From Paramoeba atlantica (Eukaryota; Protista; Discosea), in NCBI GenBank assembly GCA_977017575.1, contig CDRNVI010000151.1:62001-126000 (forward strand): a stretch of 64,000 nt of DNA, read 5' to 3'. The notes under the pieces are model-generated. The model ran no database searches, was not told the origin of the DNA, and saw nothing but the letters and a program-made list of their open reading frames with translations. The translations under genes were made by a program, and so were the position numbers. Within the stretch, counting starts at the first letter, position 1. Each line of letters begins with the position of its first letter. Below, piece after piece: positions 57,901 through 64,000 of the stretch.

Positions 57901-60900
57901 CGCTGAGCGGCCATATGAGGTTGAATGCTGTATCAAGTGGAATGTCAACAACTTCGCGCGCCTGATCAAGGAGAAAGGGTATGATGTCTACAACACTCGT
58001 GCTGAGGCAATTGCTGCTGCGGAGGAGATGCAGAAGACGATGTCAGTGACTGAGTGGCACGTCTCAACAAGTGTCTATCTTGAATATGAGCGTGGTGTGA
58101 GGGAGGGCCGGGGCTTGCACATCCCACTCAAGATGCGGTATGGTGCCTCCATTGAAGAATGGCCTGTCCGGAGCTTGTGGAGACCGTCACTCACCGACAT
58201 CATCAATGAGGGCATTGCGATAGTGGGGCTTGTGGGTGTGACTGTGACAGCGGAGCAGATGGCTTGGATGATTGGCCTGTGGCTTGGTGGTGGCACTGCC
58301 AAGGAGACAAGGATCTCTGTGGGTGATGACGACTGGCCTGAGCTGAAACCAAAGTTTGAGGAGTTTGGTGCTGCGTGTGGGCTAAAGATCAACCACACAT
58401 CAGATCCACAAGAGAGGTGCGGGCGGGTGACGCTTGAGCCAATCGAGAAGAGGACAAACTACAAGCTCAACCTCTTGAACATTGTGTTGTCAAATCTGGG
58501 ACTCTTGGAGGAGAAGCAGGTGAGCACCAGGACAGAGGAGATTCTGATCACAGAGAGTGGCAACGTGCGGCGCTCCCTCATTGCCGGCCTCATCGACTCA
58601 GACGGTTTCGTCCGCCATGACGTCAACACTGACAGGCCCAAGGGCTACACATTCACACAGTCAATCCGTGCGAACCACGAGTCAATCCTACACCTCTTCT
58701 ACATCATCTCACGCTCACTTGGGTTGATGACGTTCACGCGTAAATATGTTGTCAAGGATACAACACAAGAGTTGAATGGCAGAGCAGAGACAGGTGCCAA
58801 GTGCTGGATGCGTGGAGATATCCACATTGCGGGTGATGTACACATGTTGCCAGTGGCGCTCTCGAAGAAGAAGATCGACCAACCAACATTCCAGCATAAT
58901 CGCCAGGTGCGCACGTTCGAGATCACCAAGGAGACTGAGGACGGTGACTATGTCGGCTTCGCAGTGGGCGAGGGTGAGTCGCCTCTCTTCTGTCTCGGTG
59001 ACTTCCTCGTGACGCACAATACTCCAAAGGAGTTGGGAGGTCTTGGGATGTTGTCGATGGGTCATGTGTTGATTCCTCAGTCCGATCTTCGGTATGCCAA
59101 ACAAACTGATATTGGGATCACCCACTTCCGATCTGGTCTTAGCCACGAAGAAGGACAATTAATCCCTAACTTGTATCGTTATATCCAACCTTGGGAGATG
59201 GAGTTTATTGATTCCCAAAGAGTCTGGGCGGAATATGCCTTGAAGAGACAAGAGGCAAATGCGCAAAATCGGCGATTGACTTTAGAGGATTTGGAAGACA
59301 GTTGGGATAAGGGAATTCCTCGAATCAACACTCTCTTCCAAAAGGATCGACATACTCTTGCCTATGACAAGGGTTGGCGAGTCAGAACAGACTTCAAGCA
59401 GTACCAATTGTTGAAAAATAACCCTTTCTGGTGGACTCATCAACGTCACGATGGAAAACTTTGGAATTTGAATAATTATCGAACTGATATGATCCAAGCG
59501 TTGGGAGGTGTCGAAGGTATTTTGGAACATACTTTGTTTAAGGGAACCTACTTTCCGACATGGGAAGGTCTCTTTTGGGAGAAGGCGTGCTTCCGCATCG
59601 ATACTGAGTTGATGCTCGCCACTGGGGAGACTATTTTGGCAAAAGATGTCAAAGTAGCTACTCTTCTCATGGGGGATGATGGAACACCGAGGAAAGTTGC
59701 AAAGGTTGTGAATGGAATCGACAGATTGTATGAAATTTCTTTCACTGGTCACGAAAGCGAGCCATTGGTTGTCACTGGAAACCACATCTTATGTCTTAAA
59801 GCAAGTTCGAGTTTGGATGATGATGATTCGATAAATATTAAAAAAGGAGAGATAATCGAAATGACTGTTGAAGAATATCTTGCATTGCAACCAATTGTTC
59901 AAAGGCTTTTACGACTTTACCGGGCATCTTCTATTCCATTCAATACTGAATGCACGCCGGATAAGATGCTTGTTGATCCATACTTTTTGGGACTATGGTT
60001 AGGTGATGGCATGCATCTCAGTGAAGACAAAGAGAACATTCGGACTGATCATGGTAAGAAAAATCCATTACTCGACGATCTGCGTTCGTTACAATTGATT
60101 CCACCTGCGGGAGAGAGGTTAAAAGGACCGGAAGTTGGTATGAAACATATCCCAGATATTTACAAGTTTGCAAGCGAAGAAACTCGCCTGCAGGTACTGG
60201 CTGGCTTACTCGACAGCGACGGATGCCACAATGATGATCGCAGAATTGTTTATGTATTCACACAATCTGATCGTTTGTGGCACAAACGGCTCTTTGAAGA
60301 TACTGTTTTTCTGGCTCGAAGTCTCGGTTTCAGCTGCTGCCCTATTAATCTCGAAGATGTGGGTGAAAAAGAGATTTTAGGAGGACGAATGTGTGAAACT
60401 GGAAACACTTTAAGACTGCAGATATTCGGTGATATCAATAAAATTCCGGTGAAACTCAACCGAAAAATGGCGCGCGAGAGAATAACGACTGCTGCAGATT
60501 GGCGCACACATAGCATTGGATCGATTCGTCAACTCGAGAAACCTGAACCTTTTGTTGGTTTCTTGGTTGATGGCAACAAGCGTTTCTTGCGCGCAGACTT
60601 CTTGGTCACACACAACTCTGGTTTTGAAGAATCCATGAAGTACAAGAAATTGACAAATGCACAGCGCTCTGGTTTGAATCAGATCCCTAATCGACGATTC
60701 ACATTATGGTGGTCTCCAACTATTAACAGAGCGAATGTGTATGTTGGATTTCAAGTCCAGCTTGATTTAACTGGTATTTTCATGCACGGAAAAATTCCTA
60801 CTTTGAAGATTTCTCTCATTCAAATTTTCCGTGCCCATTTGTGGCAGAAGATACATGAGAGTATCGTTATGGATCTTTGTCTCCGAGATGACCAAATGAT

Positions 60901-63900
60901 TTTGGCCGCTGATGGGAGCCACATCACTGCAGGAAACGTTACAGAGGGAACCATGTTGGTTGGCGAAGATGGTGCTCCTCGTAGAGTAGTTGCTATTCAT
61001 AAAGGAGAAAGTCCAGTGATGTATCATTTCCATCCTCGGAAGCTTCGAAAGGGTGACACTGCACAGCAAGGATTCGTCTGCACCCCAAATCATATTGTTT
61101 GTTTGAGGTTACCAAAACCTGTTATCCAAAGGAGATCAAACCCAACATCTGTAATTGTGCGGTATCCAGAAATATTGATGAAAGTTGAATTTGACTTTCC
61201 GACTTTCCAAATGAAAGAGAAGAGGTTCTCAGTGGATCCCACTCAGTTTGGTGCGCTCTCTCACAATCCCCAGGAACGTTGTAAAGACTCAGCCGACAAA
61301 TTCATGGACGAAGCGAGGAAGAAGGGTTGTAAAGTTCAGTTGGTTCACTTAAAGTCACAGGAAAAGTATGTTGTAAAAATTTCTGATGCACCTGCTGAGA
61401 GTGACTTGAATGTTGGTTCGATTGGATTTTCTTACAGAAACCATTATCGCTCAGGTGTCCCTTCGATTGATGATGCTGAAAGGGAGGCTGTGTTATTTTT
61501 GGATTCGCTCGAGAAGGATGTTGTATGGGAGGTGACTGCCAAAAATTACTTTGATTGGGCTCAATCTTCCTCCTTGCACAAGGAATGCCGATTATATCTG
61601 AAACCGACAGTATGTACCACATGGGAAGATGATGTGACTCTAGCTAGAGAGTGGTCTCAACGATCTGGGCTCTCTTTGCACGAACTTGGCTGGCTCTTAG
61701 GATTGTGGCTTGGTGATGGGAAAGCTGATGACACCCGAATTACCCTCGACATGAGCAAAGATCTGGCTTCATTTGAGCGTCTGAAATCTCTTGCTGAGAA
61801 AATGAAGCTCTATGTAGTTATCCCGCCTCAGTTTGACAGCCAAATGGCTATTGAAGATCGATCTCAACTTGTTCTTTTGAGTACAAGCCCTTCTTCACGA
61901 AATGTAAAAACAGCAAACATCTTCTGGAACATTCTCAGTGCGTTTGGGGCAAATACTCCTGGAAAACGTTTGACTCAGGGATCTATTCAAAAATTTGTCC
62001 AATCGCCAGAGCAGTTCCGTCTTGGTCTCCTTGCTGGTCTTATTGACTCAGATGGTACTCTCTCTACGAGTGAAGAACGACATCGACACTATGTATTCAG
62101 CCAGTATCTTGGTCATGTAGAGATCGTAGAGCTTGCCCAGCGCGTTGCTTCGAGTATTGGAGCTCGTGCCAATGTTACTCAAGTAGATTATGTTGATCGG
62201 CGCACAAAGAAGAACCATTCCCGTAAAGACCTTATCATTGGGGGAACAGCGAAGCTATTGGAGTTGGACTGTGCGATTCTTTCAAAGAGACTTCCTCGTG
62301 ATAGTTTTGATCGTCCATTTGTTCAAGATCCTTCAGTCAGGTGCTTTGACGTTAACCAAATCAGAGGTGGTTCATTTACTGGATTCCAATTGGATGACAA
62401 TGGCCCTAATGCACGATTTCTTCTTGCAAATGGAATTTCTACACACAATTGTCAAGTGTTTGACCAAGAACTTGATGCATTGGAGATTGAGACTGTGCAA
62501 AAGGAGACCATCCATCCCCGAAAGAGCTACAAGATGAATAGCTCTTGTGCTGATATCTTGTTATTTGCTTCGTACAAGTGGCAAGTCTCTAAACCTTCCT
62601 TATTGATGGATGGAGGGGATACATTTGAAGGAACAACGACGAAATATTGGTTGGATGTGCAACTTCGTTGGGGAGATTATGATTCGCATGATATTGAGAG
62701 GTATTCTCGTGCTAAGTTTTTGGATTATACGACTGATAATCTCTCTCTCTATCCTTCTCCAACTGGGTGTCTTGTTGGAGTTGATTTGGCGTATAACTTG
62801 TACGCTTCCTACGGAAATTGGTTCCCTGGATGTAAACCACTGATCCAACAAGCTTTGGCCAAAATTATCAAAGCAAACCCAGCTTTGTATGTCCTTCGTG
62901 AGCGTATTCGAAAAGGTCTTCAACTGTATTCTTCTGAGCCAACTGAACCATACCTGACTCCTCAGAATTATGGAGAGCTGTTCAGCAAGCAGATTATTTG
63001 GTTTGTGGACGACACAAATGTCTATCGGGTCACAATTCATAAGACTTTTGAGGGTAACTTAACCTGCTTCCCAGCGGATGATCATCAGATCTTGACTGAG
63101 CATGGCTTCTGGTTCTTGTCACAAGTGCTGGAGCATTTTGAAACACACGAGACACTCAGTGTTGGCTGCTATGTGGAAGGTGTGCTTGAGTACCATGACA
63201 TCACCCGCGCGGATGTCACAATTCAGGAAGGCTCACATGATTTGGTCAGCATGGTCTCAGAGAAGACTAAGCGCAATGGTAGAGGTGGATCAACTCGTGT
63301 TATGTCTGCCGATAATGTGGACATTGCACCCACTTCGAACCATCGCATGCTGCTTCGTGTGGGCCGAACAGTGGGCCACCGAGAGTGGCCAGGTAGCAAG
63401 AAAACTCCCCCGCCACTTGAGGTCCATCTTGCTGGTTCTGTACTTGAGAAGGGCCAAGCAGACGATACTGTTGTCGCTCAGTTTTTGGCACACTTCAGTG
63501 AAGGAGAGAAGGTGACTTGTGCTGACCTTCCATTTGCTCAGGCTCTGGATCTGAGAACTGGTGATGAGGTGGATGCATTCTTGGAGCTCTATGGCTATTG
63601 GGTGGGTGATGGATATCTCAACATTAACGCCAAAGCCATTGCATTTGCGCCCAAGAAGGTCAATGATTGGGATTATCTGGATGCCCTCTTTGAGCGCCTG
63701 GAGCGTGTTCTGCCAGAAATCACGCATGAAACTCACCGTGGTGGAGTCCAGATTGCTGCCCGCCCACCAATCCTGGAGTGCAACAAGCCTGCTGGACGTG
63801 CTGCAGCGCCTCGTGTTGGAGAACGCCAGCGTTTGTACCACATTTCCAAATCTGAATGGTTTGACTATTTTTACCATGAGTATGGGCACAAATATGTTGG

Positions 63901-64000
63901 TGGTCCCAATGAGGCCCAGAAACGTCTTGATGGTACTTATCCACCAGACGCTGAGAACACAAACTCAACCAAGTTGTTCTGGTACTGGGTTTGGAAGCGG
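48911..64000 (+). CDS. PRP8: Pre-mRNA splicing factor PRP8 precursor with at least 7 inteins; 3'-partial
   Basis: KRVYLGALKYVPHA, RFGNAFHLCRE, YRFNTGPVGKGPGCGFW, SRFPPVVFY|TPKELGG, EGLFWEKA|SGFEES, FEGNLT. All 13 junction codons checked share the ATG frame, and the ORF track lists no other ORF in that frame, consistent with one ORF open past 64000. Confidence 0.99.
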   Translation, partial: MSFPPPGIFPQPGQQQQQQQPPPPHLQQQQQQPPPPSHQPPPPKQEPPPHFTKDLLEEKKKKWAQLNAKRYCDKRKFGYVEPQKEDMPPQHLRKIIKDHGDMSAKKFRHDKRVYLGALKYVPHAIFKLLENMPMPWEEVRDVNVLYHMTGAITFVNEIPWVVEPIYIAQWGTMWMMMRKEKRDRRHFKRMRFPPFDDEEPPLDYGENILDIEPVEGIQMELDPDEDEPVYEWFYDHQPLKRSKLVNGPSYKRWKLTVPIMSTLYRLAGQLLSDLTDPNYFYLFDLKSFFTAKALNMAIPGGPKFEPLFRDIEAQDEDWNEFNDIHKIIIRHPIRTESRIAFPFLYNDRPRKVFVTPYHHPLVCYMKTEDPNLPAFFWDPLINPIPGMKSSRALTEFEEELLEGEEDDFSLPEDVEPFLIDTPLFSGNTAAGIALYWAPHPFNERTGHMRRALDIPLVKPWFLERCPPNQPVKVRVSYQKLLKCYVHNCLKKRPPKSLKRRALFKSLKVTKFFQTTEIDWVEAGLQVCRQGYNMLNLLIHRKNLNYLHLDYNFMLKPIKTLTTKERKKSRFGNAFHLCREILRLTKFVVDSYVQYRLGNLDAYQLADGLQYIFAHVGHLTGMYRYKYRLMRQIRMCFDPETPVMMANGTTKAIKDVEVGEEVMGDTLTSRKVVAKADGLAQMYRVTYDNKGDKSAWDDEGSSSSFVCNGPHQLVVIVKSDLHIDTTTDILRVTYCKMVQDDNLGFEVPLLTALQFAVNPHAYDMEPNAKAKAKVAAETKAHELQVLGYKTALTHLAKQGQFRVLVPKANRPEGADAKDFAFTYSYNRTGGQYYLTREKAVAASEKFFASCKAELVWEPTVEQWLRFEEQYPRRAKKCKMVRVGRPSAITNPPVKLLSDLVRESIKQVADNHGPQPKVSLENAIPKLAFLVGVWLGAGHNKSPSIYMVLNEETRSFYNGLQQITDDLGLTIGKRTMSNDPKHAHLCHEWYVTFSSASKSRKRKGMSENNLGNCTQQNVLCVLLKRLGFYEVSNKHLSEEVILSVVCDSQEVRGALLAGLIDTDGHLEMNRMWRITQKDHDANGMHHKSILDLAHRTALSLGLHSSRCRAKKVYKSTLRGKPLASGIMGGTCITTPPVNDPISKFILTDYKRITESSHNMLRSDRNRQLYRFKVSKMDTPEGPYVGIQVEGENERFLLGDHVSVHNCKDLKHLIYYRFNTGPVGKGPGCGFWAPGWRVWLFFLRGIVPLLERWLGNLLARQFEGRHSKGIAKTVTKQRVESHFDLELRAAVMHDILDMMPEGLKQNKSRTILQHLSEAWRCFSPSTPVRMADGMTKKAGDIVKGDLVLGSKGQGLPVLHTMNGRDRMYRVDLLPDGVNEGNDPNWNFEEDGFVCNSRHELVLVNPQLGGVSINHNATRRVFEVHSAGLVPYKGPVPIEKHLGHICRTFSYSENMYRSLKASKDAAEAEAKYLKESGASNVRVQVNYKRGCVSVSVASLNGAVRKHSGTFRFGVSKLNGTTDTDRIFAGEAAAKAAAESYVVDCAKIPAMWSVSVEDYLAYCKAHPQHADRLRMVFCDQIEFPRVIHLQKQFYNVDDLLNDMYASNLLPHATAADVAYLLGLHLADGKKGHAKFFLGLHEKKIIDYLVAIAPTFGMVATLEKPVTNCQPVYLSGCDFRVPNSRKRNTLLSLFCHLGYGIDDTKKVSGKLWKNIVLQDSTFRRAVLAGLIDGDGTYQIAHRNCDKPHGYGFVQGVDSEYSKHHEDIMFLVRDISRSLGLNCFIFRRSNGYPADRVRLTCNITGDGVHLIPCKEKPLMKHECSENPSRFRGYVQFKVTKASENGPYCGFQLEGSPLFLLKNWLIAHNCFKANIPWKVPGLPIAIENMILRYVKSKADWWTNVAHYNRERIRRGATVDKTVCLSPDTEVRMWDGSVRTMTEVNVGDLLVGDDSTPRTVIERWTGMTDVMYEINQHNGMTYRCTGKHQLVARLSGCKQQCYVDKRSGKWCVEWWTVENKCLMRNYGPKAFNTEEEARNFLVTKPTITTGELAELCVEDVHNQFKSIRSHVFGVRVGVHTDRASHNHPLLLEPYMLGLWLGDGTTSGRPMVTTNDEEIVMYLKGFAKRLNLSVKAQESGRIGETDNKFFSYYLASPHGQPNQFLEALRHYGVLHSKCIPNDYMGASRADRLSLLAGFLDSNGWVHKDKFPREEYITYGLSFSQGTNHKDLLYDFSDLCRSLGFAGCEVRQYTAGVRKLRKRKKDNVEMMRWQFVASGPTCHDVPTLLERKRVPTDACWRDTTSGIPSKLELSKIEALEQPYVGVTVSGANHRFLLRDYTVTHNCKKNLGRLTRLWLKAEQERQHNYLKDGPYISAEEAVAIYTTTVHWLESRKFSPIPFPPLNYKHDTKLLILALERLKEAYSVMARLNQSQREELGLIEQAYDNPHEALSRIKRHLLTQRAFKEVGIEFMDLYSHLVPVYDVEPLEKITDAYLDQYLWYEADKRHLFPGWIKPGDSEPPPLLVYKWCQGINNLHNVWDTSNGECVVMLETKLEKIYEKVDLTLLNRLLRLILDHNIADYITAKNNIVMNYKDMNHTNSYGLIRGLQFASFIVQFYGLVLDLLLLGLTRASEIAGPPEMPNDFLTFHSLVMETKHPIRLYSRYIDRIHICYRVTHDEAKELIQRYLTEHPDPNNENIVGYPNRKCWPRDCRMRLMKHDVNLGRALFWDLKNRLPRSVSTIEWENSFVSVYSKDNPNLLFNMCGFEVRVLPKMRAINESFTNKDGVWNLQNESTKERTAQAFLRVDEESLKRYENRVRMILMASGSTTFTKIVNKWNTSLIGLMTYFREAVVHTQELLDLLVKCENKIQTRIKIGLNSKMPSRFPPVVFYCVAPNTPVRMADGSEKAMGNIELGELVLGDDGGIRTVAHIHSGKAPLYRVALAHNKMDNFLFNDSAFVCNGNHKLVISLIKDEASNGLRIDTTGDMNSVRGSIGCRFLTLKFDPHLGAERPYEVECCIKWNVNNFARLIKEKGYDVYNTRAEAIAAAEEMQKTMSVTEWHVSTSVYLEYERGVREGRGLHIPLKMRYGASIEEWPVRSLWRPSLTDIINEGIAIVGLVGVTVTAEQMAWMIGLWLGGGTAKETRISVGDDDWPELKPKFEEFGAACGLKINHTSDPQERCGRVTLEPIEKRTNYKLNLLNIVLSNLGLLEEKQVSTRTEEILITESGNVRRSLIAGLIDSDGFVRHDVNTDRPKGYTFTQSIRANHESILHLFYIISRSLGLMTFTRKYVVKDTTQELNGRAETGAKCWMRGDIHIAGDVHMLPVALSKKKIDQPTFQHNRQVRTFEITKETEDGDYVGFAVGEGESPLFCLGDFLVTHNTPKELGGLGMLSMGHVLIPQSDLRYAKQTDIGITHFRSGLSHEEGQLIPNLYRYIQPWEMEFIDSQRVWAEYALKRQEANAQNRRLTLEDLEDSWDKGIPRINTLFQKDRHTLAYDKGWRVRTDFKQYQLLKNNPFWWTHQRHDGKLWNLNNYRTDMIQALGGVEGILEHTLFKGTYFPTWEGLFWEKACFRIDTELMLATGETILAKDVKVATLLMGDDGTPRKVAKVVNGIDRLYEISFTGHESEPLVVTGNHILCLKASSSLDDDDSINIKKGEIIEMTVEEYLALQPIVQRLLRLYRASSIPFNTECTPDKMLVDPYFLGLWLGDGMHLSEDKENIRTDHGKKNPLLDDLRSLQLIPPAGERLKGPEVGMKHIPDIYKFASEETRLQVLAGLLDSDGCHNDDRRIVYVFTQSDRLWHKRLFEDTVFLARSLGFSCCPINLEDVGEKEILGGRMCETGNTLRLQIFGDINKIPVKLNRKMARERITTAADWRTHSIGSIRQLEKPEPFVGFLVDGNKRFLRADFLVTHNSGFEESMKYKKLTNAQRSGLNQIPNRRFTLWWSPTINRANVYVGFQVQLDLTGIFMHGKIPTLKISLIQIFRAHLWQKIHESIVMDLCLRDDQMILAADGSHITAGNVTEGTMLVGEDGAPRRVVAIHKGESPVMYHFHPRKLRKGDTAQQGFVCTPNHIVCLRLPKPVIQRRSNPTSVIVRYPEILMKVEFDFPTFQMKEKRFSVDPTQFGALSHNPQERCKDSADKFMDEARKKGCKVQLVHLKSQEKYVVKISDAPAESDLNVGSIGFSYRNHYRSGVPSIDDAEREAVLFLDSLEKDVVWEVTAKNYFDWAQSSSLHKECRLYLKPTVCTTWEDDVTLAREWSQRSGLSLHELGWLLGLWLGDGKADDTRITLDMSKDLASFERLKSLAEKMKLYVVIPPQFDSQMAIEDRSQLVLLSTSPSSRNVKTANIFWNILSAFGANTPGKRLTQGSIQKFVQSPEQFRLGLLAGLIDSDGTLSTSEERHRHYVFSQYLGHVEIVELAQRVASSIGARANVTQVDYVDRRTKKNHSRKDLIIGGTAKLLELDCAILSKRLPRDSFDRPFVQDPSVRCFDVNQIRGGSFTGFQLDDNGPNARFLLANGISTHNCQVFDQELDALEIETVQKETIHPRKSYKMNSSCADILLFASYKWQVSKPSLLMDGGDTFEGTTTKYWLDVQLRWGDYDSHDIERYSRAKFLDYTTDNLSLYPSPTGCLVGVDLAYNLYASYGNWFPGCKPLIQQALAKIIKANPALYVLRERIRKGLQLYSSEPTEPYLTPQNYGELFSKQIIWFVDDTNVYRVTIHKTFEGNLTCFPADDHQILTEHGFWFLSQVLEHFETHETLSVGCYVEGVLEYHDITRADVTIQEGSHDLVSMVSEKTKRNGRGGSTRVMSADNVDIAPTSNHRMLLRVGRTVGHREWPGSKKTPPPLEVHLAGSVLEKGQADDTVVAQFLAHFSEGEKVTCADLPFAQALDLRTGDEVDAFLELYGYWVGDGYLNINAKAIAFAPKKVNDWDYLDALFERLERVLPEITHETHRGGVQIAARPPILECNKPAGRAAAPRVGERQRLYHISKSEWFDYFYHEYGHKYVGGPNEAQKRLDGTYPPDAENTNSTKLFWYWVWKR
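50813..52519 (+). mobile_element. PRP8 intein 1 (569 aa), site RQIRM|CKDLKH, after extein residue 634
   Basis: Starts CFDPETPVMMANG; block B FVCNGPH; LAGLIDADG motifs GVWLGAG and LAGLIDTDG; ends VSVHN, +1 Cys. Confidence 0.97.
52862..54493 (+). mobile_element. PRP8 intein 2 (544 aa), site SEAWR|CFKANIP, after extein residue 748
   Basis: Starts CFSPSTPVRMADG; block B FVCNSRH; GLHLADG and LAGLIDGDG; ends LIAHN, +1 Cys. Confidence 0.97.
54653..55912 (+). mobile_element. PRP8 intein 3 (420 aa), site VDKTV|CKKNLG, after extein residue 801
   Basis: Starts CLSPDTEVRMWDG; block B YRCTGKH; GLWLGDG and LAGFLDSNG; ends TVTHN, +1 Cys. Confidence 0.97.
57551..59020 (+). mobile_element. PRP8 intein 4 (490 aa), site PVVFY|TPKELG, after extein residue 1347
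   Basis: Starts CVAPNTPVRMADG; block B FVCNGNH; GLWLGGG and IAGLIDSDG; ends LVTHN, +1 Thr. Confidence 0.97.
59588..60616 (+). mobile_element. PRP8 intein 5 (343 aa) at the classical fungal PRP8-a site FWEKA|SGFEES, after extein residue 1536
   Basis: Starts CFRIDTELMLATG; block B VVTGNH; GLWLGDG and LAGLLDSDG with shortened spacing; ends LVTHN, +1 Ser. Confidence 0.97.
60878..62449 (+). mobile_element. PRP8 intein 6 (524 aa), site IVMDL|CQVFDQ, after extein residue 1623
   Basis: Starts CLRDDQMILAADG; block B FVCTPNH; GLWLGDG and LAGLIDSDG; ends ISTHN, +1 Cys. Confidence 0.97.
63065..64000 (+). mobile_element. PRP8 intein 7 (at least 312 aa, cut by the window end), site FEGNLT|(predicted TKPING), after extein residue 1828
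   Basis: The conserved PRP8 sequence FEGNLT is followed by CFPADDHQILTEHG; block B PTSNHRM; first LAGLIDADG-like motif ELYGYWVGDG. C-terminus not visible. Confidence 0.9.

Noticed and set aside
48911-64000. Short ORFs listed in other frames and strands across the PRP8 region
   Set aside because: They are shadows of the long PRP8 frame; none has a recognisable motif.
50813-64000. PRP8 insertions as spliceosomal or group I introns
   Set aside because: All are in frame, begin with Cys, end His-Asn before C/S/T (six complete ones), contain Hint block B, and have no GT-AG borders.

Overview
Eukaryotic nuclear DNA, probably from an amoeboid protist (actin N-terminus [21 protein letters not shown]...RHTGVM; taxon not established). 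It is AT-rich, intron-dense and full of low-complexity sequence, so most short ORFs in the track are artefacts. Host genes in order: ATAD5/ELG1-like ATPase, RasGEF-SAM, DEAH helicase with RING and CCCH fingers, a second RasGEF-SAM, NhaC-family transporter, Fe-S L-serine dehydratase, FAD oxidoreductase, actin, a small Cys-rich ORF, a USP47/USP7-like deubiquitinase, ChaC, tRNA-Met, VMA21-like and PRP8. Main result: PRP8 appears to be one intronless frame from 48911 past the window end (5030 codons; missing from the ORF track because it has no stop). It carries at least seven LAGLIDADG-type inteins, about 64% of the codons seen, in different states of endonuclease decay. Other results: (i) a 3.9 kb intron-containing tyrosine-recombinase plus zinc-finger (Crypton-like) element splits an otherwise near-complete actin gene and carries a 10-bp copy of its own target site; (ii) an internally deleted DIRS1-like element with inverted terminal repeats and a circle-junction ICR sits in a USP intron; (iii) a degenerate Sola-like transposase and an actin pseudogene fragment lie between them. 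All assignments come from manual translation and recalled motifs; no database search was run.
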